From: a virus
Length of the DNA: 36,638 nt
Direction: 5' to 3' (one strand)
Virus record (IMG/VR): IMGVR_UViG_3300045988_010186
Location: 1-36,638 of that record
Below the pieces are notes generated by a model. The model saw only the letters and a program-made list of their open reading frames with translations. It had not been told where the DNA came from and did not search any database. The first letter of the stretch is position 1. The number at the start of each line of letters is the position of its first letter. The translations under genes and the position numbers were made by a program. Below are positions 8,492 to 16,510 of this stretch, piece after piece.

Positions 8492-9163
8492 TCACCTCCT
8501 ATTTTTTTCTGACAAAGATTCCTCAATTCTCTTTTTAGCTATGTTAAAATATCTATCATCAAGCTCAATGCCTATGAAGCGGCGGTTAGTATTCACGCAA
8601 GCAACGCCTGTTGAACCGCTACCCATAAATCCATCAAAGACAACTTCATTTTCGCCCGAAGAATTGCAGATAAATGTTGCCAGCAAAGAAACAGGCTTTT
8701 CGGTTGGGTGGTTTTGATTTCTTGTCTTATCGGCAAAAAACACATCGTCCATTCGTTTGATGGTAAAGCACTTTCTTCCTTTGTTTCCATACAAAACAAA
8801 TTCGTGCTTTGGTGCGTAGCTTCCTTTCAAATCGCCGCTCCCGTGGTTGTTCTTTACCCAAACAATAACATTTTTTAACTTAAAATACTTTTCAAAAGTT
8901 TTCTTGAAAACATCAATGTTATGCCACGAACAAAAGCAATAAATCGCCGTGTTGTCTTTCATTATGCGGAAACATTCAGCAAAATATCCGTCAAGCCATT
9001 CAAGAGATTTGTCGCCCTTTAATTTTGCATATACTTCTTTTCTTCTATGGCTTTGAAAGCTCATTCCATACGGCGGGTCGGTCAGCACCAAATCCACCGT
9101 GCCATCGGGAATATTCTTCATCAATTCAAGACAATCACCATGCCATAATTCAATCGGATTCAC
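8492..9163 (-). CDS. DNA methyltransferase, N6-adenine/N4-cytosine class (N6_N4_Mtase, DPPY)
   Basis: Motifs LTDPPYG and C-terminal FDGFMGSGSTGVA (SAM binding). 223 aa. Confidence 0.85.
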   Translation of the reverse strand: MNPIELWHGDCLELMKNIPDGTVDLVLTDPPYGMSFQSHRRKEVYAKLKGDKSLEWLDGYFAECFRIMKDNTAIYCFCSWHNIDVFKKTFEKYFKLKNVIVWVKNNHGSGDLKGSYAPKHEFVLYGNKGRKCFTIKRMDDVFFADKTRNQNHPTEKPVSLLATFICNSSGENEVVFDGFMGSGSTGVACVNTNRRFIGIELDDRYFNIAKKRIEESLSEKNRR

Positions 9164-9512
9164 CTTTTACCATTGCCTCCACTTCGTCAATCACGCTTTT
9201 GTCCACATCTGCAACCATGACTTTATCAACCGGCTTCTGCCCTGCTGTGTCGCGCACTAGCTCCCAAGCCTTCCAATCGCCTTTGAGTGCCGCCTGAAAA
9301 GCCTTTGCCGCCATCGCTTCTGTGCCTGTCATTGTCTTGCCGTCTTTGCCTGTCAAGTCAGCATCCATCAAAACTTGCATTGCTTCACGGAGGGACTTTT
9401 TTTCTCGCCTTGCAATGCCAGAATTAATGCCACCTTTTCTTCCGTTTTCTACCGCTTGTTTACCGCTTTTGAACTGCGTTGCTTCGGCATTGGGTGGTCT
9501 TTTATTGGGCAT
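9150..9512 (-). CDS. terS: Putative terminase small subunit
   Basis: 120 aa, first gene after the late promoter and upstream of terL. It has a basic N-terminus (NGRKGGINSGIARREKK), common in small terminases. Confidence 0.55.
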   Translation of the reverse strand: MPNKRPPNAEATQFKSGKQAVENGRKGGINSGIARREKKSLREAMQVLMDADLTGKDGKTMTGTEAMAAKAFQAALKGDWKAWELVRDTAGQKPVDKVMVADVDKSVIDEVEAMVKGESD

Positions 9513-9574
9513 TTATTCACCCCCTTTTAATCGCCTATATAATTTTTCCAAATATTTCTCATAATCCCTTATAA

Positions 9575-9603
9575 ATTATATCATGTTTTCCAGGCGCAAG
9601 CAA
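9575..9603 (-). promoter_or_regulatory. Promoter with extended -10 (TTGCTT-N17-TGaTATAAT) upstream of terS
   Basis: Minus strand reads TTGCTT (9603-9598), a 17-nt spacer ending in TGA, then TATAAT (9580-9575). Confidence 0.55.
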
Positions 9604-9609
9604 CAAGAA

Positions 9610-9633
9610 GCCGCCTACCAAAAGGCAGACGGC
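9610..9633 (-). terminator. Intrinsic terminator at the end of the early operon
   Basis: On the minus strand, GCCGTCTGCC-TTTT-GGTAGGCGGC forms a 10-bp stem including G-U pairs. It is followed by TTCTTGTTGCTT. Confidence 0.55.
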
Positions 9634-9639
9634 AAAAAA

Positions 9640-9963
9640 TTATAGATTGTAAAATGCATTGTAAAGCTCGTCAGCATTTTCGAGCGTGCGATGGGATTTA
9701 TATGCCTCCGACGCTTTTTTGATTCGATCGTTCAGGGCAAGCGCGCTTCGCTTCAAAAACTCCACTTCGCTCTTATCGCTCACATAAGCGCGTGTAATCT
9801 GCCTTTTTAGCTCTACACCGGTTTTTCTGTCGATAACTCCGTTATGATACGCCTTGTAAATAATCCGCAGAGCGGTGTAAAAACAAGCGTCTGCGATGTC
9901 AAGGCCGTGCGGCATATCTTTGTCGTTCATCGCAGCACGTTCAAATGGGAATTCATTTGGCAT
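9640..9963 (-). CDS. Hypothetical protein
   Basis: Track ORF trimmed to the ATG at 9963, which is preceded by GAGGAGG (MPNEFPFERAAMNDK...). Confidence 0.6.
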   Translation of the reverse strand: MPNEFPFERAAMNDKDMPHGLDIADACFYTALRIIYKAYHNGVIDRKTGVELKRQITRAYVSDKSEVEFLKRSALALNDRIKKASEAYKSHRTLENADELYNAFYNL

Positions 9964-10048
9964 CGTCGTCCTCCTCGGCAAGATACCTTTCCAAGCAAGC
10001 ACGGCACTCGCCTATGGCTATGGCATAAGGCGCACTACCGCACTTAGC

Positions 10049-10183
10049 CTAATACTTATCGGGTTTCGGGCGCGTGAAGTCTACCGCATAGTCCAGTATG
10101 CGCTCGGCTGCCTCGTCAAGCAGCGCTCTCTTGCTCCTGCTCTGCGTCCCACGCAACGCCAGTATAAGCTCTTTATCGGTCAT
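10049..10183 (-). CDS. Hypothetical small protein (44 aa)
   Basis: Internal ATG of track ORF 10049..10330 (MTDKELILALRG...). It overlaps the stop of the upstream gene. Confidence 0.4.
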   Translation of the reverse strand: MTDKELILALRGTQSRSKRALLDEAAERILDYAVDFTRPKPDKY

Positions 10184-10661
10184 TCTCGTTACCTCCGTCC
10201 ATTCTCGCGCCCTTCGGCGGTTCCGGCAGCGGCATCCAGTGCGTGACGGCGCAGTCCACGGGATTATTGTATACGTCATCCGGCGTAAACTGCCGAGCTT
10301 CCCACCAGCCTTCGGGGACAAAGTAATCATCGTTTTCTTCGCTGTACGTCCCGTAATTGTACAACTCGTACCAGTTCCATGTGCTGTCTTGTGTCAATAC
10401 GGTTCCGTCCTCGTAAATCATAGGACAGACAAAACAGCAGCCGTTCCGAACACATACCGCCAGAACTTCGGTTTCGTTTGCTGGGAGCTTATCTTCGACG
10501 CTGATCCAGTTCATCGGCTCCTCGGCAGCGGGGAGCTTTTGTATAGCTTCCCTCGTTTCCAAAATACGGTCCCGTGTCTTGTACCCCGCAGTGCGGACAT
10601 AAACAGCCATCACTGCGTCAATGGCCGCCTGCCGTTCGATATATTCATCCATCGTCGTCAC
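10173..10661 (-). CDS. DUF551 domain protein
   Basis: Motifs WISVEDKLP and THWMPLPEPP are typical of DUF551. Confidence 0.7.
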   Translation of the reverse strand: MTTMDEYIERQAAIDAVMAVYVRTAGYKTRDRILETREAIQKLPAAEEPMNWISVEDKLPANETEVLAVCVRNGCCFVCPMIYEDGTVLTQDSTWNWYELYNYGTYSEENDDYFVPEGWWEARQFTPDDVYNNPVDCAVTHWMPLPEPPKGARMDGGNENDR

Positions 10662-10881
10662 CGTCCATTCTTACGCCATAGCTACAAAAGTCGTCATAGT
10701 TTTCTCTGTCCATGTGGAATGAGCACCATCCAAGCCGCGGCTTATTGTACGATCGGCATTGATAACAGCGCACCACCTGCGCAACGTCGGCGGCGGGAAC
10801 ATTGCGAAGCGCATTGATCGCGCTGTCATACGCGACGGGCAAAAATTCAATCGCTAAATCCCGCTCGATGTATTCAGCCAT
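10645..10881 (-). CDS. Hypothetical Cys-containing protein (78 aa)
   Basis: ATG at 10881 is preceded by GGAGG. The N-terminus MAEYIERDLAIE resembles the start of the next gene. Confidence 0.55.
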   Translation of the reverse strand: MAEYIERDLAIEFLPVAYDSAINALRNVPAADVAQVVRCYQCRSYNKPRLGWCSFHMDRENYDDFCSYGVRMDGDDDG

Positions 10882-11479
10882 CCTGCATCGCCTCCACATA
10901 ACACCAGCTTTGAGGCGGGCGGGTAAGCGGCTTAGTCAAACAGTTTTCGCACCATTCAGGTTCTCCGTTTTTCATGCAACCCCAACCGCCTTGCAGCCAT
11001 CCTCCGTGCCTTGCAACATATTCCGGCTGTCCGGCGCGGAACCTATGCTTGCACGCTTTGATTGCTGGCTTGTCCTCTACGCGGAACTTGCTCAGCTCCT
11101 GCGGATTGTCGTAGATTTTTAAGTCAAGTATGAGCCAGCCGTAGCCCATTTTCCCATTGCCGAGATAATCAATTATTTGCTTGTCTGTCATGCCAGCGAT
11201 CCGATGACTGGGGCCAGAATACTCAACACTTATTGGGATGGTCGCACAGCACATAAATTCGCCGATAACTTTGCCGCTCCAATCATCGACAGCGGCGGCG
11301 CTTGAAATCGCATCAACATAATCTTGCAAATTCATGCTTTTAACGCTGGCGCAGTAGATATAGCACTTGAACGGCGTCTCCAGTTTCGGGCGTGTCTTTC
11401 GCACCTCAATCGTCTTTTCACCGCTGGCAATCTTTTCGCACCACTTTGGGCGGATGCTCAGCATGACAGCCTTACTCAT
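10874..11479 (-). CDS. ASCH domain protein
   Basis: The N-terminus MLSIRPKWCEKIASGEKTIEVRKTRP is the classic ASCH signature. Confidence 0.7.
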   Translation of the reverse strand: MSKAVMLSIRPKWCEKIASGEKTIEVRKTRPKLETPFKCYIYCASVKSMNLQDYVDAISSAAAVDDWSGKVIGEFMCCATIPISVEYSGPSHRIAGMTDKQIIDYLGNGKMGYGWLILDLKIYDNPQELSKFRVEDKPAIKACKHRFRAGQPEYVARHGGWLQGGWGCMKNGEPEWCENCLTKPLTRPPQSWCYVEAMQDG

Positions 11480-11966
11480 CCTTCATCGCCTCCAATGCTT
11501 TCTCCGCCTCCTCGCGGGTCAGGAATACTTTCTTGCCTATGTCCGTGCCATCATTACGCAGACGATACACGCGGGCTCCGTCCGGCTTGCGATTGCACGT
11601 TGCCATACACAGATTATCCTCATCCGTGCAAACAACTCTGATGTCCGGGGCTTCAAGCTCCATTTCTCGTGGCACATTATCACGGCCAACATACCATAGC
11701 GTGTCTCCAACCTTGCACGGCAGCACCACCAGCCGTCCCGCCTTGTCGGCCTTAATCCATTCTTTAATCTTTTCAAGGCCATTCTCGTGTACCCATATTG
11801 CAAATTCTGCGGTTTCTTGCGCAAGTTTAGGTGTCAGCCCCGTGTCCTCGTAAGCCTTGAGCTTTTCCCACACCTTGCGCTGTGTGCAGCTGCCACCGTG
11901 CGGGCACGGCAGCTCCCGGCACTGCGAGATGTCGCAGAAATTGCCGTCAAACGTCAGTCTCTCCAT
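11472..11966 (-). CDS. Hypothetical protein
   Basis: Start trimmed to MERLTFDG..., which overlaps the upstream stop by 1 nt. Confidence 0.55.
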   Translation of the reverse strand: MERLTFDGNFCDISQCRELPCPHGGSCTQRKVWEKLKAYEDTGLTPKLAQETAEFAIWVHENGLEKIKEWIKADKAGRLVVLPCKVGDTLWYVGRDNVPREMELEAPDIRVVCTDEDNLCMATCNRKPDGARVYRLRNDGTDIGKKVFLTREEAEKALEAMKDE

Positions 11967-12289
11967 CACTCCACCTCCTGCATCCAGAACTTGTGGCGGC
12001 AATCGTAGCAAAAAGTCTTGGGGCACTCTGACAGAAGAGACGCTACGAGACTGCACGGCTTAATATCTATGATGCCATCAAATAATTTCGCTTCCGGCCA
12101 CTGTTCCAAAAACACGTCCTGCCGTGTCTTGCGCGGATGCTCCAGAGACCACTGCTCAACCACCGCAACGGTTTTTTTAAAAAACTCAATGGCGTTATCA
12201 CATCTATCGCCGTGATACTGACACTTTGTGCAATCGTTGATCGATTTACACATCCGTCTGAATTCGCTAAAAAATTCTGCAACGTCCAT
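11966..12289 (-). CDS. Hypothetical Cys-rich protein
   Basis: ATG at 12289 is preceded by AAAGGAGAAAAC (MDVAEFFSEFRRMCKSINDCTKCQYHGDRC...). Confidence 0.55.
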   Translation of the reverse strand: MDVAEFFSEFRRMCKSINDCTKCQYHGDRCDNAIEFFKKTVAVVEQWSLEHPRKTRQDVFLEQWPEAKLFDGIIDIKPCSLVASLLSECPKTFCYDCRHKFWMQEVE

Positions 12290-12311
12290 TGTTTTCTCCT
12301 TTCGCTTTCCG

Positions 12312-12992
12312 TTATCCCCATTGTTCTGCCATAGCCTTAGCAATTCCGGGGTATGTTTTGCTCCTGGCTTTTGCTGTACGTGGGTCATTCCACCGTAAGA
12401 TTTTTCCGTTTTCATCCGTAGCATAATTCGCAGATGCCCCTACGCTATAACCACCCGGCAGTATTTCTCCATGATTTACAACATCCGTTGGAATGAGCGG
12501 CGGGAGATTTTTAAGCCATAGGCAAGTCGTCTTTCTTGCAGGATGCCCAAACTGATACGGCTGTACGATGCAATCTGGTTTGCGGTAATGCGTTGACATA
12601 TAACCAACCGGATTCTCGACGCAAACACAAGGAATGTCCGCCTCGATAAAAGCCATAAAGAATTCAGCTGCTTCTTTTCTTGCTTTTAATCGTTCAATTG
12701 CTCTGTCTCCATATCGTTCGACGTTGAACCAGCGGTTTCCAGATACGGTAAGGTAGGTGCAGGGCGGATGTGCTATCAGCAAATCCCACTTACCAACCGC
12801 ATGAACCTGCCCGTCCATCGTAGTCACGCTCCCGCCTTTAACGGCTTCGAGAGCGTCACCAAGAATGTGCCATTCCGGGTGCCCACCGGATGGCTTTTGC
12901 ACATCGCAACTGTACGCTTCATGTCCGCGAGCACGAAACGCTTTACAAACTTCCTGCGATTCTTCGCAAGCAATAAGCACACGCATCCTCAC
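12312..12992 (-). CDS. C5-cytosine DNA methyltransferase-like protein
   Basis: Motifs AHPPCTYLTVSG (PC motif IV-like), VENPVG (ENV-like) and a C-terminal RSKTYPGIAKAMAEQW. There is no canonical FxGxG at the N-terminus. Confidence 0.55.
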   Translation of the reverse strand: MRMRVLIACEESQEVCKAFRARGHEAYSCDVQKPSGGHPEWHILGDALEAVKGGSVTTMDGQVHAVGKWDLLIAHPPCTYLTVSGNRWFNVERYGDRAIERLKARKEAAEFFMAFIEADIPCVCVENPVGYMSTHYRKPDCIVQPYQFGHPARKTTCLWLKNLPPLIPTDVVNHGEILPGGYSVGASANYATDENGKILRWNDPRTAKARSKTYPGIAKAMAEQWG

Positions 12993-13432
12993 ACCCCCGC
13001 ATCTTTCGGCTTAAAAATCACGACCATGTTCGGGAACGGCGCGCTGTTTTTGCTGCCGCCGAATTTCAGCCGCCCGCGCACGAACCGTGTCTCGACGTTC
13101 GGCCGCTCATAGATATACGTGTGGAACCATCGCGTGTCCGTCCTCGCTGGCAACAACATGACGATGGTGTTGTTATTCACGTAGTTCTCGTAGCTGGCCT
13201 TTTGCACCCACTTGCCGATCTGCCGACCGTATGGTGGGTTGCACCACACCGTGCCAGGCCAGGGCTGTTTCAGTCCATCCTGCTCTCGCGTATAGTAACA
13301 GGGGCATTTGTGGTTTTGTGCGTCCGCGGCGGCATCCAGCGTAAAGCCGAACTCCGCGTCAAGCATGTCAAAAAAGTCCTGTGGGGTCTCCCACAAATCA
13401 GTCTTGCTGGAAAACAAAACGTCTTTATTCAT
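12989..13432 (-). CDS. DNA N6-adenine methyltransferase (phage Dam family)
   Basis: Motifs DLWETPQDFF and WCNPPYG (NPPY). 147 aa. Confidence 0.8.
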   Translation of the reverse strand: MNKDVLFSSKTDLWETPQDFFDMLDAEFGFTLDAAADAQNHKCPCYYTREQDGLKQPWPGTVWCNPPYGRQIGKWVQKASYENYVNNNTIVMLLPARTDTRWFHTYIYERPNVETRFVRGRLKFGGSKNSAPFPNMVVIFKPKDAGV

Positions 13433-13434
13433 CC

Positions 13435-13707
13435 TTACATCCCCGCTTCCTGCATCGCCTGCTGCATAAACGATAGTTGCTGCCGCAGGTCGTCGATCGT
13501 GCGTTCCTGCCGCGTCATTTCGGCGGAAAACGCCAGTGCCTTGCGCCGCTCGTTGCAGAGCATGGTTTCCGCTTTCTCGCGCTGTTCATTCTCCTGCTCG
13601 GCGTAGTCGCACAGCCTGTTGACAGCGTAGCGTGCTGCCGGTGAGAAATTCAGATTACCACGATCGTGCGCCAGCAGGTCACGCACTTGTTCACAAATTC
13701 TGTTCAT
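13435..13707 (-). CDS. Hypothetical coiled-coil protein
   Basis: 90-aa ORF tightly packed within the operon. Confidence 0.5.
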   Translation of the reverse strand: MNRICEQVRDLLAHDRGNLNFSPAARYAVNRLCDYAEQENEQREKAETMLCNERRKALAFSAEMTRQERTIDDLRQQLSFMQQAMQEAGM

Positions 13708-13712
13708 GCGTC

Positions 13713-14318
13713 TTACTCCTCTCTGCGCTCATAAAACAGCGCATTGTACTGGTCGTATCGGTCTTGGATCGTGTTTGCAACCGGGTAAAAGTTCTCCCAG
13801 AATCCGCAGGGGTCTATCTCCGAACAGCCGCCGCGGTATACACAGTTTGGCACCAACACGTCGCTCAACTCCGGCTCGGTCTCGTGCAACACCGCCTTGA
13901 AATCTTCGGCGTACTGCTGGGTTTCTGGTGATGCCTGATAGCACAGCCGCTTGCGCCAAGTGTCGATCAAATTCTGCGCATTGGCCTCACCCGTGAACGT
14001 GACCGGCGTGTTCTGCGGAAGTTTCCCGCGCGGAACGCCAGTGCGGTCGCTCCTCTGCGTGCGGATGAAGCACTCCCATTTGTGCCGTGACCAGTGTGTG
14101 GCAACCCAGCTCAGAATGTCTCTCCAGCGCCAGCGCACGCGGAGGTCACGGATCGGGCTGTGCTCCGCGATAAGGATATTGCGCTTGAATTGCTCGCTCG
14201 GCTCGTGGCCGAGACTCTCCTTGCCTACGGTAGCACGGCAGTCGTCTACTACCTCGCGCCAGCTTCCTTTGACGCCAAGCAGCTCTGTCTTCGACACTTC
14301 GTTCACCTTCCCTTCCAT
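13713..14318 (-). CDS. Truncated ThyX-like protein (mini-ThyX), paralog 1
   Basis: AEHSPIRDL...ATHWSRHKWECFIRTQRSDR aligns to the ThyX H-x-S/T..E...RHR...SxRY block. NAQNLIDTWRKRLCYQASPETQQYAEDF aligns to the ThyX [25 protein letters not shown] block. Start taken at MEGKV (14318). Confidence 0.65.
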   Translation of the reverse strand: MEGKVNEVSKTELLGVKGSWREVVDDCRATVGKESLGHEPSEQFKRNILIAEHSPIRDLRVRWRWRDILSWVATHWSRHKWECFIRTQRSDRTGVPRGKLPQNTPVTFTGEANAQNLIDTWRKRLCYQASPETQQYAEDFKAVLHETEPELSDVLVPNCVYRGGCSEIDPCGFWENFYPVANTIQDRYDQYNALFYERREE

Positions 14319-14473
14319 TACGCCACCCCCAGTGCCGTGAAGATCACGTGGAACAGCCACCCGGCCAGTGCGATGCCGCCGAGAAAGCTCGCGCAGACGA
14401 TGCCGTCCTCTATGCCCCAGACGATATATTTGCGCACCTTTGCCCGTGCGCGCGGATCTCCGAATACTTTCAT
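14318..14473 (-). CDS. Small membrane protein (51 aa)
   Basis: Not in the track because it is under 60 aa. RBS AAGGAG precedes the ATG at 14473. It has a hydrophobic C-terminal segment (FLGGIALAGWLFHVIFTALGV). The TAATG overlaps the next start. Confidence 0.5.
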   Translation of the reverse strand: MKVFGDPRARAKVRKYIVWGIEDGIVCASFLGGIALAGWLFHVIFTALGVA

Positions 14474-14497
14474 TGTTGTTTCTCCTTACCGGGCGGT

Positions 14498-14671
14498 TTA
14501 GCCGCCAATCGTTTCAAGCAGCTCTTTTGCAAGGCGCTTCATTTCAGCTTTTGCGGTTTTTTGTTCATAAATGGTCTTAAAGCACATATTGCCCTGAATG
14601 TGTGCAATCTCTTTCAGAATATCCATAGCTTCTTCATTTGCCGCGATTTCAAAAATCTGTTTCTGCGTCAT
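14498..14671 (-). CDS. Hypothetical small protein (57 aa)
   Basis: First ORF after the promoter at 14721-14749. RBS AAAGGAA is present (MTQKQIFEIAANEEAMDILKEIAH...). Confidence 0.45.
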   Translation of the reverse strand: MTQKQIFEIAANEEAMDILKEIAHIQGNMCFKTIYEQKTAKAEMKRLAKELLETIGG

Positions 14672-14720
14672 TTGAATTTCCTTTCTGCCTGTTGGCTCTG
14701 TATTTCCATTTGATGATTAT

Positions 14721-14749
14721 AATATACACTATTTTATCGCGCTTGTCAA
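14721..14749 (-). promoter_or_regulatory. Promoter (TTGACA-N17-TATATT), member of a repeated promoter cassette
   Basis: Minus strand reads TTGACA (14749-14744), a 17-nt spacer, then TATATT (14726-14721), followed by ATAATCA. An A/T-rich upstream element is shared with the promoter at 24138-24166. Confidence 0.6.
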
Positions 14750-14778
14750 TACTTTTTTTGATAAAAAGCAAATTTTTT

Positions 14779-15036
14779 TGTAACTAACTTTTTCTCCCAA
14801 ACAATCATAGTTACGCAAAAAACATAGTGTTTTCAATGCTTTGGCGGCTTTTTGGGGTGTAACCAAAACCAAGAAACCACGTTTGTATATTATATATTTC
14901 TAAAATAAAAAATATATCTTTTTTATTTTTATAAAAAGTTAGTTACATAGTTACAAACTACATAAAAAGTAGTAAGAAATATAGTAATATCAATGCTTTG
15001 AGGGGTGTAACTAAGTGTGTAACTAAGTGTAACTAA
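14779..15036. repeat. Iteron cluster flanking an AT-rich stretch; putative replication origin
   Basis: TGTAACTAA occurs at 14779, 15006, 15018 and 15028, inverted at 14939-14947, with the variant TGTAACCAA at 14858. The longer repeat ATAGT..TCAATGCTTTG..GGGGTGTAAC occurs at 14824-14863 and 14981-15011. The core at 14881-14938 is almost pure A/T. The cluster lies directly downstream of VirE. Confidence 0.55.
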
Positions 15037-15058
15037 GTCGGCCAAAATGCCGATTTGG

Positions 15059-16510
15059 TTAAAGCGGCAGCTCGTCCTCGGCCTGACCGGAAACGCGCTT
15101 CCAGTACCTTTGAACGCCATATTCGCCCATTCTTTTCGCGCTCGGCTGTTTTTCCCAGTCAGGAAAAGACTGCATAATTAGACTAATGTCTTGCGATTCC
15201 TTGCGCGTTGGTTTGAGCGGATCGCTGTGAAGGGCTTCGCGCCAAAGCTGGATAATACAAACTTCGTCTTTGTAATCCAGATATTCCTTTACAAGTCCGA
15301 TTCGGTAATCATCCTCGACAGCGCGGTCTTGCGCAGCTCGGATTTGCGAAATGAGCGAACGATTAGCATACGGCGCAAGATTTCCGGAAAAGTATAGATT
15401 CAACGCCTCTGCCCAGCACTGCCTGATGTACGCCTTGATTTCATCCTTATGTTCGAAAAGCTCGTATCCACTCTGATTGACTTTTACCGGGTAAAAACGT
15501 CGGTTTCCGGTTTTGTCGGTCAGAAATTGCTCTTTGTTGGTCGTCCCGATGAAGATGCATTGGCGCGGGTGATCGGTCACGCGCTTATCAAACGGCATCC
15601 GATAACGGTCATTTTGCCGCGTCAGATAGCTTTTTACTGCCTCCTGCTCCTTTACACGGGTCATGGCAAGAAGTTCCGACACTTCGCAAATCCACGCCCC
15701 CTCGACCGCTTCAATGCCGCGCTGACCGTCAAACTCGTTGACCTCGGAAAAATATTCGTCTTCCAGTGCCAGCCATCGAACGAGCGTGCTTTTGCCCTCG
15801 CCCTGTTTTGTGCCGATCAGAACCGGCATATCATCAAATTTGCATCCGGGATTATAAAGCCGGTTAATGCCACCAGCAAAAATCAGGCGGCTAACCTCTC
15901 GCGTGTATGGCGTGTCCTCGCACTTAGTCCATGTATGCAAAAAATCGTAAATGCGGCTCTGGCCGTCCCATCTGATATAGCCAACAATATCGCGCACAGG
16001 GTGATACCGATTCTCGGCCATGACAATACGCAAAGCATCATCCGATTTTTGCACGGAATGAAACCTATACTTTTTCTCGATGTATCGCCGCATTTCGGCA
16101 TCGTCGGCATCCGTCCAGCGCTCCATCTTACCATCAACCAGTTTCTCCGGAGAGTATGTCAATTCGTTGAATTTCAGACCTGCAAATTTCGGGTCGTTTT
16201 CGAGCACCTGTAGGAAATTGTCAACGCTTGAAAGCGGCCTGCCACTAGCATCAAAATCCAAGTTAATTGCAGACCGCTTTTTCGCGTTCTCTCGTGTGTA
16301 GTCAGCCGAAATCTTGTCGAGCGCTTTAGTGTACGCCTTGAAAAGCTGCTCAAATTGCTTTTGGATGCCGAGCTGGTTTGCCTTAATAATCAGCGCCGTT
16401 GACAGCCTGATGCGTTCTTCCTCCGGCTCTTCAGCCAAATCATCCAGCATATCAACCCGCAGTAGGTCAAACGGGTTTGTAATTTTCTCGATTTGCTCCA
16501 GACTAAGCAT
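15059..16510 (-). CDS. VirE-family P-loop NTPase (phage primase/helicase-associated)
   Basis: 483 aa with Walker A GTKQGEGKST and Walker B-like AWICEVSE, and an overall VirE-like layout. Confidence 0.75.
   Translation of the reverse strand: MLSLEQIEKITNPFDLLRVDMLDDLAEEPEEERIRLSTALIIKANQLGIQKQFEQLFKAYTKALDKISADYTRENAKKRSAINLDFDASGRPLSSVDNFLQVLENDPKFAGLKFNELTYSPEKLVDGKMERWTDADDAEMRRYIEKKYRFHSVQKSDDALRIVMAENRYHPVRDIVGYIRWDGQSRIYDFLHTWTKCEDTPYTREVSRLIFAGGINRLYNPGCKFDDMPVLIGTKQGEGKSTLVRWLALEDEYFSEVNEFDGQRGIEAVEGAWICEVSELLAMTRVKEQEAVKSYLTRQNDRYRMPFDKRVTDHPRQCIFIGTTNKEQFLTDKTGNRRFYPVKVNQSGYELFEHKDEIKAYIRQCWAEALNLYFSGNLAPYANRSLISQIRAAQDRAVEDDYRIGLVKEYLDYKDEVCIIQLWREALHSDPLKPTRKESQDISLIMQSFPDWEKQPSAKRMGEYGVQRYWKRVSGQAEDELPL

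Noticed and set aside
15006-15036. Tandem GTGTAACTAA repeats as a possible CRISPR array.
   Set aside because: The units are only 9-10 nt with 0-2 nt between copies. There are no spacers and no cas genes. The pattern fits iterons instead.
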